From the IMG/VR virus record IMGVR_UViG_3300009011_000001, positions 1-64,000 of that record: DNA of 64,000 bases; one strand, given 5' to 3'. Within the stretch, counting starts at the first letter, position 1; each line of letters begins with the position of its first letter. Under the pieces are notes generated by a model. The model did not search any database. It had not been told where the DNA came from and saw only the letters and a program-made list of their open reading frames with translations. A program made the position numbers and the translations under genes. Shown piece after piece: positions 1-9,465 of the stretch.

Positions 1-1240
1 CGTTACGGATCACACGGTTAAAGCCGGCAGGAACGCCGGAGTTCACTGTCATCTCTTCAGCGTGCATCAACATCGGGTCGAGGATGGTGTTGATCCAGAC
101 ACGAGTTTTTTGATTCATCATGCCGAAGTCAATGTGAGTAGTCGGTACGTTCATGAAGTCAGGGAAGACCTCGTTGAGTACGTCCAGACCATCACGGTTC
201 TCAGGACCACCTACCACAGCCAGCATCAGAGAGCGGAACTGAGAAGGGACCGAAGAGATCACTTCATCGATGTGTGCGTTGTTATACTTCACGCCCTGGC
301 AGGTTTGGTAGCACATCGCTCGAGCGATCTTGTGCTGAGTGATACCGGAGAAAGTGCCGGTCTGGCGATCGCCACCCGGAACGGCCGGCAGGTGCCACAT
401 CGGGGTGATGATGAACTCAGTCGACGTGAAGATGTCCGGGAAGATCTCAGCCCACTCATCGCGAGTATGCGTCGAGTTACCGGGCTTCAAGATGTAATCG
501 CGCAGCGCTTCTTTAACGGCGTCCAGGTTGTTGCCAGCAGCGCCGTAAACCAGAGTCACCCAGTCGGTGTCGATCTTGAGCGCATGGTTGTCAGCTTGCT
601 GCCAGGTGAAGATATCGGAACGCTGGTAGGTTTCTGGATAAACGCCACGCGCCGTCTGGATGCGTGCAAAAAGCTCAGACTGCTGAAGGTTGTCGATCAG
701 CCCTTTCACGGTGTCGTAGTCGTTGAAGAACTGGTCCAGAGGAATCAGTGGAACGACAGGAACGATTTCGAACTCGTCGTATTCGTTGAAGAACGAATCG
801 TCGGCGAACCAGATACGCCAGCTTTCGGAGATCGACTGATCCTTCGGAGCGATGACGATGTACTCAGGTGCCCAGTAGGACTGGAACTGAATCATCACGC
901 CGGAATCGATCAGGTCAAAGGTGTCGCCGAAGAACGTGATGAACTTCTGTTGGAAGACGTCTTTGATTTCGGTGAAGCTGCCGAGCTTGGCTTGGATATA
1001 GATCCAGTTGATGGCTTTGAGCGAGCTGTAGGCCGTCGCAGCAGGAACGGGTTTGACGACATCGTCTTCTTTATAGCTGAAGCCCACCAGGGTTTCTTCG
1101 GGGAAATCAGCCGACACATGGAGCGTGTTCTCTTTGACAAATGTCAGAGACAACTTCGAAAGCTCGCCCACAGGTGCCACGACGCCGGGCGCGTTATCGG
1201 ACAGTGCCCCGATATGGGCAAAAGCCTTAAAGATATTCAC
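1..1240 (-). CDS. Virion structural protein (phiKZ gp157-like), 3' end runs off the window; not in the ORF track
   Basis: GTG at 1240 with GAGGTG RBS. I translated both ends by hand (MNIFKAFAHIGALSDNAPGVVAPVGELSKLSLTF... and ...VNSGVPAGFNRVIRN) and saw no stop there. The N-terminus resembles the recalled gp157 family, which lies next to RNase H. Confidence 0.7.
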   Translation of the reverse strand, partial: MNIFKAFAHIGALSDNAPGVVAPVGELSKLSLTFVKENTLHVSADFPEETLVGFSYKEDDVVKPVPAATAYSSLKAINWIYIQAKLGSFTEIKDVFQQKFITFFGDTFDLIDSGVMIQFQSYWAPEYIVIAPKDQSISESWRIWFADDSFFNEYDEFEIVPVVPLIPLDQFFNDYDTVKGLIDNLQQSELFARIQTARGVYPETYQRSDIFTWQQADNHALKIDTDWVTLVYGAAGNNLDAVKEALRDYILKPGNSTHTRDEWAEIFPDIFTSTEFIITPMWHLPAVPGGDRQTGTFSGITQHKIARAMCYQTCQGVKYNNAHIDEVISSVPSQFRSLMLAVVGGPENRDGLDVLNEVFPDFMNVPTTHIDFGMMNQKTRVWINTILDPMLMHAEEMTVNSGVPAGFNRVIRN

Positions 1241-1350
1241 AGATGACACCTCGGGTGTTTTAGCGATAAAGGTATGCGTCTCTAAGGTGTAAAAATACAC
1301 CCCGTGTAGGTCTGAAACTATACTATTTCCAAAAATAGAGGGTGGTCGTT

Positions 1351-1845
1351 GTGACGTTTCTCTTAATACTCAAATCCCTCTTCCCTTTTCTGCGGGAATG
1401 GTTTCTCAAAGAGAAGGCCTTACAGGAGATCGTTGCACAGAATAAACTGGCCTGTTTTCTCATCGCCTGTATTCTGGTGGTCTTCCTCATTTTCGTCAAA
1501 GTCAGCGAAAACGCTGACAAAGCCTATGACGATCTCACCACAGCTAATCAACAATTGGGTTACGACAAAACCGTAATCGATGACCTGCGTGAGCGCGTAG
1601 CGACACTAGAAGGAGAGAAGAAACAGTTAATGGAGCATGCCTTTGGAAAGGGAAATCCACCACCCAAGGATGTAACACCCCCTCCATCGGATCAAGTCCC
1701 ACCAACGTTGACTATTCAACCTGATCCGCAAAAGAGTCCTCCTAAGGACCCCGTGAAAACGCCTGTTCCCGCCGATCGCCCACGTCGACACACTCCCGAC
1801 AAGTCCCTCAAAGACTACGTGGAAGATCAGCTTAAGAACCTTTGA
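1351..1845 (+). CDS. Putative inner-membrane spanin (Rz-like i-spanin), 164 aa
   Basis: GAGGG RBS then GTG at 1351. One TM helix (LACFLIACILVVFLIFV), a coiled coil and a Pro-rich C-terminus, directly upstream of a lipoprotein gene. Confidence 0.6.
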   Translation: MTFLLILKSLFPFLREWFLKEKALQEIVAQNKLACFLIACILVVFLIFVKVSENADKAYDDLTTANQQLGYDKTVIDDLRERVATLEGEKKQLMEHAFGKGNPPPKDVTPPPSDQVPPTLTIQPDPQKSPPKDPVKTPVPADRPRRHTPDKSLKDYVEDQLKNL

Positions 1846-1859
1846 CTCCGGACACGACC

Positions 1860-2270
1860 ATGGCCAAACTCAACCCACGTCTCTTGATCCAAATTCCATT
1901 GCTGTTACTGGGGTCTTGCACCCCAGTCGTTCCCTCCACCAGCATTGTCATTTACACCACAGCGGGCGGCAGCCCCTACGAAGCTTCGGGATCGACACAC
2001 ACCGAAGTCAAGCAAGCTGCCGACATCCCGCATCCTAAAACTGCAACGCCTATCCGCGACTGCGTTGTAGCTCTCGACAAGGCCGATGAAGATCCTGCCG
2101 AGATTGGTTTGCCCGATCTCTCCAAGATTGATGGCAAGACAAAAGATGAGTTGAACAAAGCTGTTGTCGACCTACTGATCGCCCACATCAGGCTACAGAA
2201 AAATGAGATAAAGCGACTGCGCACTGAGCGTAAGTGCTTTATCGGGGAGATCAAAGCAAGACGTCCTTGA
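1860..2270 (+). CDS. Putative outer-membrane spanin lipoprotein (Rz1-like o-spanin), 136 aa
   Basis: Signal peptide MAKLNPRLLIQIPLLLLGS-C with lipobox LLGSC and a C-terminal helix. An alternative TTG start at 1842 overlaps the upstream stop. Confidence 0.6.
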   Translation: MAKLNPRLLIQIPLLLLGSCTPVVPSTSIVIYTTAGGSPYEASGSTHTEVKQAADIPHPKTATPIRDCVVALDKADEDPAEIGLPDLSKIDGKTKDELNKAVVDLLIAHIRLQKNEIKRLRTERKCFIGEIKARRP

Positions 2271-2330
2271 TGAAAAACTACGAGATCAACCTATCATCTA
2301 GGCAGCCATTACAACTCAAGGTTTCGTGAC

Positions 2331-3830
2331 ATGACGGATACACCAACTGCAACTCACGCAGTCCTCTATTGTGACGGTGGTTTTGATCCGCACAGTAAGG
2401 TTGGTGGGCGAGGAGTCCACGGATACACCTACGTTCTTGACCCTCCGAAAAAAGGAACAGGAAACCCAAAAGCCGTACCCACCGATAAAGGGTACATGTT
2501 CGAAAGCAAAGACAAAGATATCGAAAGCTGCATCGGAAACAAGGTTACGCCGATGGCCTACCTCGACATGTGTTCGGGTCGGCCTCGTTACGAAAGCAAT
2601 AACGAAAGCGAGTTGGATGCCTTCGTGATGGCGTTGGAATGGTTGTCGCGCAATGACCAGATCAGTAACGTGCAGATCATCTCCGACAGTCGTTACGTCG
2701 TCCAGGGCTTTAACAACCACGTTCGTGGCTGGGTAACAAAAGGCTGGAAAGTGAAGTCGGGTAATCCGGTTCAGTACCAGCCTCTGTGGGAAGAGGTCTT
2801 GCGTTACGCCGATGCCGGCATTGCTCGAGGCCTCGTACTCAAAGTCAGCTGGGCTAAAGGCCACAGCGGCGAAATGGGCAACACCCGTGCGGATGACCTG
2901 GCTACACGAGGGAAGGTGCTGGGTCAAAGCCGTAACTCCACTCTGGTTGAAACCTTCAAGGAGGCCCAGGGGTATTGGAACAACAAGGACATTCAGGCAC
3001 CTCGACTTCTGCAGGCGCCTCGCTGGTACTTCGCAACAACTGACGCAGAATACAAACGTGAAGATGGATCTCACATTTACTACGTCGGTGCACATGGTAC
3101 GAAGGACAAGGAAGACGATCTCTTTGGCAAACCATACGCAGACAATTTCATGGGGGTTGTCCGGGTCAAGGAACACGATCCGGTCATGGAGTGTCTCCGA
3201 CTCAATGCGATGAGTAAAGACGTCAATCGAGTCGGGTACATCATCATCGGGCATTTGGATGCGATCTTTTCACCGAAGACGTACAAGGAGCTGACCCAAC
3301 ATGGGACGACTTTCTTGTACACGAATCCAAAGCGCTTCGATGTGATCGACGCGAATAAGAAATCAATACTTGCACAACTGCGTCCTGCAGGCCTTGGCTT
3401 TCGTGGCGTGCGTCAATGGGAGAGCTTGACCCGTGTTCTGGACAGGGTCGTAGAGGGCGATCCGTACTATCGGCTGACCGATCTTACGGACGTACTTTAT
3501 GAGGATCACGGAACCAAAAAGGTAGTCCGTAAGCTCAAGTCAATCATCACCCCTGTTACCAAGCATCTTGATGTCGATGTAGAGTTTAACCTTGAGCGCT
3601 CGAAGGATGAGCCAAAGTTGTTCAAGGATAAGGTGCGGTTGATCCTAGGTGGCGACATCCTGAGTCGAAACCAACTAGCGGCCTTAGCAGAGGATGTCAA
3701 ATCTGTCAAGGTCGTTACGTGGCGAGATTCAGACGTAGTGGGTCGTTACGCAACATTGGTTGAACTGAACTCGGGCGACATTGGACTTTGGGCGAGGACT
3801 GAAGCTAACATTTACTACGCGGTCAAATAA
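2331..3830 (+). CDS. rnh: Ribonuclease HI with long C-terminal extension (phiKZ gp155-like), 499 aa
   Basis: RNase HI motifs LYCDGG, SNNESEL, ISDSRYVVQG, WAKGHSGEMGNTRADDLA. Confidence 0.93.
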   Translation: MTDTPTATHAVLYCDGGFDPHSKVGGRGVHGYTYVLDPPKKGTGNPKAVPTDKGYMFESKDKDIESCIGNKVTPMAYLDMCSGRPRYESNNESELDAFVMALEWLSRNDQISNVQIISDSRYVVQGFNNHVRGWVTKGWKVKSGNPVQYQPLWEEVLRYADAGIARGLVLKVSWAKGHSGEMGNTRADDLATRGKVLGQSRNSTLVETFKEAQGYWNNKDIQAPRLLQAPRWYFATTDAEYKREDGSHIYYVGAHGTKDKEDDLFGKPYADNFMGVVRVKEHDPVMECLRLNAMSKDVNRVGYIIIGHLDAIFSPKTYKELTQHGTTFLYTNPKRFDVIDANKKSILAQLRPAGLGFRGVRQWESLTRVLDRVVEGDPYYRLTDLTDVLYEDHGTKKVVRKLKSIITPVTKHLDVDVEFNLERSKDEPKLFKDKVRLILGGDILSRNQLAALAEDVKSVKVVTWRDSDVVGRYATLVELNSGDIGLWARTEANIYYAVK

Positions 3831-3852
3831 CATTGGCCGCAGAGGTCTCGTT

Positions 3853-4251
3853 ATGAGTGCTAAAGCGTTGAAAAGCGAAAGTTTCGGAGCAGCCGCTTTT
3901 CCTCAGGTTAAACAACTGAGCATGAAGCGACTGATCTTTCTTTCGTCGTTATATTTCAAACTCCGCGGCATCAAGAGTCCTACCAAGGAACAGCTCGTTC
4001 AGCTGAACGATAAGTTCGGTTTGGCTCACCGAGAAAATGCGCTGAAACTGCCGGCTGCCATGAGCAGCATCCTGTGGGGTAAAACGAATGCAGTACAGGC
4101 ATTCGAAACCTTCCTTTCCGACGAGAAGCAGTTGCCTGAACTCGCTTGCGACCTTGTGAATGGTTGCCCCGACTGGGCCAGGTACGACGATCAATCTGAA
4201 CTGGTTCGTGATGCAAAAGCAGTGTTCTGCTACGCGCGTTCACAAATGTAA
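3853..4251 (+). CDS. Conserved hypothetical protein, 132 aa
   Basis: GAGG RBS, ATG at 3853, followed by a hairpin shared with the convergent gene. Confidence 0.75.
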   Translation: MSAKALKSESFGAAAFPQVKQLSMKRLIFLSSLYFKLRGIKSPTKEQLVQLNDKFGLAHRENALKLPAAMSSILWGKTNAVQAFETFLSDEKQLPELACDLVNGCPDWARYDDQSELVRDAKAVFCYARSQM

Positions 4252-4256
4252 GACAG

Positions 4257-4289
4257 CATATACGCCCGGCATTGAGCCGGGCGTATATG
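4257..4289. terminator. Bidirectional hairpin, CATA...TATG family
   Basis: Perfect 14-bp stem CATATACGCCCGGC-attga-GCCGGGCGTATATG between convergent genes. Confidence 0.75.
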
Positions 4290-4300
4290 TCGCAATCAGA

Positions 4301-5158
4301 TCAGGCAGCTTTCTTTTCCAGCAACTGCATGTTCTTCTGCATGGCCTCAACGTGTTGTGGCAAAACGTCCAAAAGGACGGCAGCAGCACTCACGGTAACG
4401 CCCAGCACGTAGAACAGATCGGACAGTTGGCTACCGACTTTACCGGACACTGCATCGTCGTGCTTCGCCAGATGTTCCTTGAAGCTCTTGGCGAGATCGG
4501 CGAAACGATTGACCATGGCATCGATACCCGACAGATTGGCTTTCGCCAGACGGTCGTTCAGTTCGTTGGTCAGTTTGAATGCAGTTTCCAGATCGGCGTT
4601 ACGCTCGATCAGTTTGGAAGCCTGCACTTCCGGTGCGGACGAAGTACCGAAGAACTCCTTGATTTTGTTCAGGTGTGCAACGGTGATCCAAGGAATGGTG
4701 TTCTTCAGTTCCTTGATGCCGCTTTGTGCAGCCATGCGATCAGGCTCGTTCAGAATCTGAGCCAGACGGGTGTTGCTTTTCTTCAGAGTGGCTTCCAGCG
4801 GCTCGACCACCGGCAGGATTTCATTGACGAGGTATTCGAGGAAAGGAACCCACTTACCGCTGAAACCCGGCGCTACGTGAAGAGCCAACATCCGGTTAGC
4901 GGAATAAGGCGTTTTGTTGAACGCCGTCACGGCGTCCGCATAGTGCAGGTGGTTGGAGCGGTAGTTTCCTACCTTCAAACCGTTCAGGAAGGTGGAAGAG
5001 CGATCAACGAATTCGTTGAACTTGGACTTGACGGTATCGATAAACGGCAGCGATAAGGATTCAGTAGAAAGGTCCGAACCCATGCGGCAAATGTTTTCGA
5101 GGGAATTGAGCTCGACATTAGCCAGCTCGTTCATGATGTTCGGGTTGATCTTCGGCAT
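4301..5158 (-). CDS. Virion head protein (phiKZ gp153-like), 285 aa
   Basis: Helical protein with an N-terminal S-x-E type processing motif (LSTES). Divergent from uvsX, as in the phiKZ family. Confidence 0.7.
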   Translation of the reverse strand: MPKINPNIMNELANVELNSLENICRMGSDLSTESLSLPFIDTVKSKFNEFVDRSSTFLNGLKVGNYRSNHLHYADAVTAFNKTPYSANRMLALHVAPGFSGKWVPFLEYLVNEILPVVEPLEATLKKSNTRLAQILNEPDRMAAQSGIKELKNTIPWITVAHLNKIKEFFGTSSAPEVQASKLIERNADLETAFKLTNELNDRLAKANLSGIDAMVNRFADLAKSFKEHLAKHDDAVSGKVGSQLSDLFYVLGVTVSAAAVLLDVLPQHVEAMQKNMQLLEKKAA

Positions 5159-5229
5159 GAAGGTATAGACTCCGGCTAATTCAGGGGTAAAGATTCCATA
5201 TCAGAACTATTAAGTTACTACCATTCCCT

Positions 5230-5261
5230 ATACTGTGTAATTAAATTCAGCGGAGCATTTA
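5230..5261 (+). promoter_or_regulatory. Promoter-like motif upstream of uvsX
   Basis: ATACTGTG-TAATTAA...GAGCATTTA, repeated at 59890-59918. Confidence 0.45.
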
Positions 5262-5264
5262 AAC

Positions 5265-6740
5265 GTGCCAGTCCCTTTCGGAAACCAGTACCAAAAGAAG
5301 GCAAGACCCTTTTATCCGATGCCCAACATTGGCTTGATTCTCGACATCTCGGCCGGTACTTGGGTACGGGGTCACAGAGGTCAGTGGATCTGTAATGGTG
5401 GGTTCGCGCAGTTCTGGGGCATCATCGCTGAACCGAACATGTTTAAGTCCACGCTGGCAGCCGGTTGTGCAGGCGCTGTGATGCGCGCCTTTGACGATTC
5501 GGCCATGCATGCTCATGACACTGAGTCCAGCATGCAAGCGCGTCGTGTAGAGCGTCTGGTGCGCGAAGCAATGATGATTGACCTTCCGGGCATTCACGTC
5601 CCTGAAGATCTCATCGAAGCAGGCCGCCTGTTCTTTACCAGTTCCGTCGATATGGACGGTACTGAAATGATCAACAACTTGAAACAGTTCGCCAAGGACC
5701 GTTTCAAGAACGAAAAGCAAGTTGCCTACGAAATCATCGACCCGACTACCGGCAAGCCGTACATGTACTTCACTCCAGTTATCGAGTTCACTGACTCGTT
5801 CTCTGGTCTGAAGACTGAAGGCGCCACTGAAATGCTCGAGAAGAACGATGTGGGTTCTTCCGATAACAACATGTTGGCAATGAAGGTCAACAGCGGTAAG
5901 AGCCAGATCATCGACCAAGCACCTGACTTGGTTGCGAAGCATGGCATCTACTGGCTGACCACCGGCCATATCGGCCAGACCTACCAGCTCGACCCGCGTA
6001 AGCCTACAGTCAAACTGCTGAAGGCAATGAAGGGCGATCTGAAGATCAAGCGTATTCCTGAGAACTACTCGTTCCAGACCGGCAACTGCTACGCCATTAC
6101 CTACTTCAGTACGCTGATGGGCGACGACAAACGTGCCGAGTTCCCATGGTCGCCTGAGTCGGTTGACACCACCACCGACTTGATCGAAATCCGCGTAACG
6201 AACTTCCGTGGCAAGTTCGGTATCGACAACATCCCTCTGCCTTTGATCATCTCGAAGAAAGAAGGTTTGCTGCCGTACATGTCCAACTTCTACTACCTGC
6301 TGCGTAACGCCAACCGTTACGGTCTGGTAGGCAACAACCTGAACTACGCGCTGGCTCTGCGCCCTGAAGTATCGCTCGGCCGAACCAAAGTGCGCATGAA
6401 GCTGCGCGAGTCCTATGCGTTGCAGCGCGCTGCTCACATCCTGATGGAAATGCACTGGGATATGACAGCTGCATTGAACTTCCCGGAAGAGCTGCGCTGC
6501 GAACCAACGCAACTGTATGAAGAAATCAAGGCCATGGGGTACGATTGGGATCTTCTCCTGAATACTCGGTACTGGCACAGTACTGTGGAACAAGGCGAAC
6601 GCACCCCGTTCCTCTCGACTCGAGATCTTCTGCTGATGCGGGTGAACGAATACCACCCGTACTGGTACCCAAAAACCCGTAAAGAAATGGGCCTACCCGA
6701 GATCGAAACTCAAGGGAGTGAGCCAACAGCAACCGCATAA
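5265..6740 (+). CDS. uvsX: UvsX/RecA-like recombinase (phiKZ gp152-like), 491 aa
   Basis: PNIGLILDISAG...NGG N-terminus, Walker A-like AEPNMFKST, acidic Walker B region IEFTDSFS, strand motif VTNFRGKFG, and phiKZ-family gene position. Confidence 0.85.
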   Translation: MPVPFGNQYQKKARPFYPMPNIGLILDISAGTWVRGHRGQWICNGGFAQFWGIIAEPNMFKSTLAAGCAGAVMRAFDDSAMHAHDTESSMQARRVERLVREAMMIDLPGIHVPEDLIEAGRLFFTSSVDMDGTEMINNLKQFAKDRFKNEKQVAYEIIDPTTGKPYMYFTPVIEFTDSFSGLKTEGATEMLEKNDVGSSDNNMLAMKVNSGKSQIIDQAPDLVAKHGIYWLTTGHIGQTYQLDPRKPTVKLLKAMKGDLKIKRIPENYSFQTGNCYAITYFSTLMGDDKRAEFPWSPESVDTTTDLIEIRVTNFRGKFGIDNIPLPLIISKKEGLLPYMSNFYYLLRNANRYGLVGNNLNYALALRPEVSLGRTKVRMKLRESYALQRAAHILMEMHWDMTAALNFPEELRCEPTQLYEEIKAMGYDWDLLLNTRYWHSTVEQGERTPFLSTRDLLLMRVNEYHPYWYPKTRKEMGLPEIETQGSEPTATA

Positions 6741-6752
6741 GGAACGTAAGTC

Positions 6753-7034
6753 ATGAGTGAACCCTCCCTGATCGACAAAGTTGCCGATCTGCTTGGCAAC
6801 AGCAACGCCGCGCGCAAGGATGCTTTCAAGCGCAGTTTCAAAGCACCCAAAGCTGGTGGTGATGAAGTCAAGTCGCTCAACGACTACTTCCGGGTAGAGC
6901 TGAGCAAAGTGGAAGCGTCCACGATTGACGAACGCGGCTGCCTCATCGACGGCATCCCTCCAGCTAAATGGCTTCAGTATTTCGAAGTCCACGTTCTCCC
7001 AACCCTCGTTCGGTTTGAATTGCCGAAGGATTGA
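6753..7034 (+). CDS. Conserved hypothetical protein, 93 aa
   Basis: AAGGA RBS; in operon between uvsX and the RNAP subunit. Confidence 0.8.
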   Translation: MSEPSLIDKVADLLGNSNAARKDAFKRSFKAPKAGGDEVKSLNDYFRVELSKVEASTIDERGCLIDGIPPAKWLQYFEVHVLPTLVRFELPKD

Positions 7035-7037
7035 GTC

Positions 7038-7772
7038 ATGAACGATAAGCGCCGTAAAGTTACCGATTTCATCTGCAGCAACTTCGACAAGATTTTGCCT
7101 GGAGATACCACGAACTCGGAACGGATACGGGCTGATCTCGATTCGCTGTCCGATGCTGACTTTGAAGCAATGGTTAAACGCTTCAAGCCGGCACGGACTC
7201 CGGACGAAATCAAGCAACGTTTGTTTCTTCCGTTCTATGTTCCAAACCTGCGTAAGAATGGCGTGCGTCTTTCGATTGCTCGCAATTATCAAATCGCTCG
7301 TGATCTGGGCCGCAGCATTGAAGAACGTCTGATCATGACCGATGGTGCAACGGGTCTCAAATACGTTACGCCTCATGTCTACCCGATCTACGATTTGATC
7401 GTCCGTCGGCAGGCACAGACCGGTTCCAAGAAACGGTCGATTCCAGAACACCACCAACGGTTGGATGATCTCACCGATCAGCCGACTGTCGATTCGAAGG
7501 GTAGTCGTATCTCGTCCCCTGAGTTTGGTGCGTTGATCCAGAAACGTTTGGACAACACCGTCATCGAACTGACTCACGTCCGGGGCGGTAATGCATTGGC
7601 TGCGCGAGAGTTCACACGGGCTCTTGTAGAGGAAGGTGAAGTCAACTTGTCGCAACTGGAAGGCTTGGGCATTGCCCGGTCTACCAAGACGTTGTCGACG
7701 TTCCTTAACACCATGCTGATCGGCAACAACCTTGATCCAGCGACTAAGGTTCCAGATGATGCCAGAAAATAA
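7038..7772 (+). CDS. Virion RNA polymerase beta subunit, C-terminal part (phiKZ gp149-like), 244 aa
   Basis: RRQAQTGSKKRSIP...DDLTDQPTVDSKGSRISSPE matches the beta C-terminal region of phiKZ-type split RNAPs. Confidence 0.85.
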   Translation: MNDKRRKVTDFICSNFDKILPGDTTNSERIRADLDSLSDADFEAMVKRFKPARTPDEIKQRLFLPFYVPNLRKNGVRLSIARNYQIARDLGRSIEERLIMTDGATGLKYVTPHVYPIYDLIVRRQAQTGSKKRSIPEHHQRLDDLTDQPTVDSKGSRISSPEFGALIQKRLDNTVIELTHVRGGNALAAREFTRALVEEGEVNLSQLEGLGIARSTKTLSTFLNTMLIGNNLDPATKVPDDARK

Positions 7773-8250
7773 ATCGAATGAGTTTTTTGTGGACTTAGCA
7801 CGCGACGTAGCCTTGCGCTACGTCATCCACGAAGAATCAGAGAAGCAAATCAGCGGCCTGTTTATCCAAGCTGCCAAAAGCATCAATTGGCAAACGGTCA
7901 TGAACTCCGAAACTGCGGCTGAGGAGGTTCTGAACCATTTGGAGCTGCACGGGAAGATTGCTGGGCTGTTGATCACGCTCACCAGCTCGTTCATGTTCCG
8001 TGCAGATTTGGGTAGTGTTGAAGCGCGTTACGACTTGGCTAGCAAACTGGCCATGAGCGTTACCTGGCCACGCGATGCCAAAGAGATGCGGGACATGGTC
8101 CCAAGACTTACGGCTACGTCCGAGAATGCCCGCAACACGTTTGTAGGGTGTCCTTGGATGATGTTCCTGTATCTGCTGACGATGTCCAACATCGTTACCA
8201 TGCTGGATCAGGCACGCGCTCCAAAAGCACCGGCGCCCAAACCCGCTTGA
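7759..8250 (+). CDS. Conserved hypothetical protein, ~163 aa
   Basis: Overlaps the upstream stop; AAGGT RBS; start may be 7756 or 7759. Confidence 0.8.
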   Translation: MPENKSNEFFVDLARDVALRYVIHEESEKQISGLFIQAAKSINWQTVMNSETAAEEVLNHLELHGKIAGLLITLTSSFMFRADLGSVEARYDLASKLAMSVTWPRDAKEMRDMVPRLTATSENARNTFVGCPWMMFLYLLTMSNIVTMLDQARAPKAPAPKPA

Positions 8251-8258
8251 GGTAATCC

Positions 8259-9023
8259 ATGAAACAACATGCGATCATTGATGTGAACATGTTGACGGAT
8301 GCACGGTACGGCGCACTACGCCGCATTGACGAAGCAATCGCCAATGCGGTCGTAGCGTCCGGGGTTTATCGTGAACGGCATCATGACAACTTCGATCTCC
8401 TGACAAATGGTCAAATTGACCGTCAGGAGTATCAAAACCTTTATGCCAGCATGGAGGCAGATACGATCGGTGCGTCGAAAATGACGGACTTCGTTTACTT
8501 CCTTCGCAAGGACATGATTGATGCAAGCAACAGGATGGAGCGAGGCGCTGGCATTACGTCAGTGACCATCGACATCAACCTGTGGCCTTATGAAGACCTG
8601 ACTCCCAATGAGATCAAGATCTTTGTTCGTGCAGTGCGTCGTTATTTCCCGTACAACATCACGGTTAATGCTCTCAGCATACCGTGGGCTGAACTGACGC
8701 CGACGATCGTGGGTAAAACCTACGACATGATAGCGATCTACAACCATGAAGATTGGCTCACCCCCAATCAGGAAGCGCTCATTGAAAGACCGCTCCCTAA
8801 CGTGGTGATGATCACGCCAACGATTGCCTCAAGCGGAACACTGCCCGAGAAAGAAGAAGGTGTGGAAAACCCGTTCAGTGCGAGATCGCTCGTCCTCGTC
8901 AAATTCATTGCGCTGACGTACATCCCGACTGGTTGGGTCTGCCACAACCCGCTTATTCATCTTGAGATACAAAATCGGAAACGTCAAGCATCGCTTCGCC
9001 CTGATCCCGCTCCCCCGGTTTAA
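8259..9023 (+). CDS. Conserved hypothetical protein (possible degenerate HAD-like fold), 254 aa
   Basis: GAGG RBS. N-terminal IIDVNMLTDAR loosely resembles a DxD-type strand; function not supported further. Confidence 0.75.
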   Translation: MKQHAIIDVNMLTDARYGALRRIDEAIANAVVASGVYRERHHDNFDLLTNGQIDRQEYQNLYASMEADTIGASKMTDFVYFLRKDMIDASNRMERGAGITSVTIDINLWPYEDLTPNEIKIFVRAVRRYFPYNITVNALSIPWAELTPTIVGKTYDMIAIYNHEDWLTPNQEALIERPLPNVVMITPTIASSGTLPEKEEGVENPFSARSLVLVKFIALTYIPTGWVCHNPLIHLEIQNRKRQASLRPDPAPPV

Positions 9024-9435
9024 ACTCAACAGGAGGTGGGACGTAGCCTTCAGGGAGAATGGAGTTGATCCGTTGTCCGGTGACTTCGCGTTCTTGCCCA
9101 ACAGCGAGGAATGGATCTCGGCCGGCGAACATTTCGCGGATGCCACGAACGGCGTCGATGGCATTGCGGCCGTTGTCGGTCGCCTTCTCTTCGATGTCGA
9201 GTTTACGGGTGGTGAGTGCTGATTGATCCATGCCGTTGAGGATCTGAATCAGGTCGCCGGGTTTGTCAGGCATCTGCGTACCGCCGACCGTCAGGACGTC
9301 GGCAGCAAAGTAACGCATTTTCTGAGTAAACCGTACAACGGCCATCGGGTCAGTGTCGCGTTCAAGTAAGCCTTGCACTGGCTCTACTCGGTTTGGTCCT
9401 GGCGTTGCTGGGAACGGATCATGATCTTCCATCAC
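8953..9435 (-). CDS. Conserved hypothetical protein, 160 aa
   Basis: GAGGT RBS on the minus strand; natural-looking helical sequence; converges on and overlaps 8259-9023 by 71 nt. Confidence 0.7.
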   Translation of the reverse strand: MMEDHDPFPATPGPNRVEPVQGLLERDTDPMAVVRFTQKMRYFAADVLTVGGTQMPDKPGDLIQILNGMDQSALTTRKLDIEEKATDNGRNAIDAVRGIREMFAGRDPFLAVGQEREVTGQRINSILPEGYVPPPVEFKPGERDQGEAMLDVSDFVSQDE

Positions 9436-9465
9436 TGCTTACCTCTTTCCCTCTAAGGAGGGGAC

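Noticed and set aside
62-1246. 394-aa plus-strand ORF
   Set aside because: In-register antisense shadow of the real minus-strand gene (GTG 1240 with RBS); its product is V/D/H/R-rich and has no RBS.
5259-6656. 465-aa minus-strand ORF
   Set aside because: Shadow of uvsX caused by codon bias.
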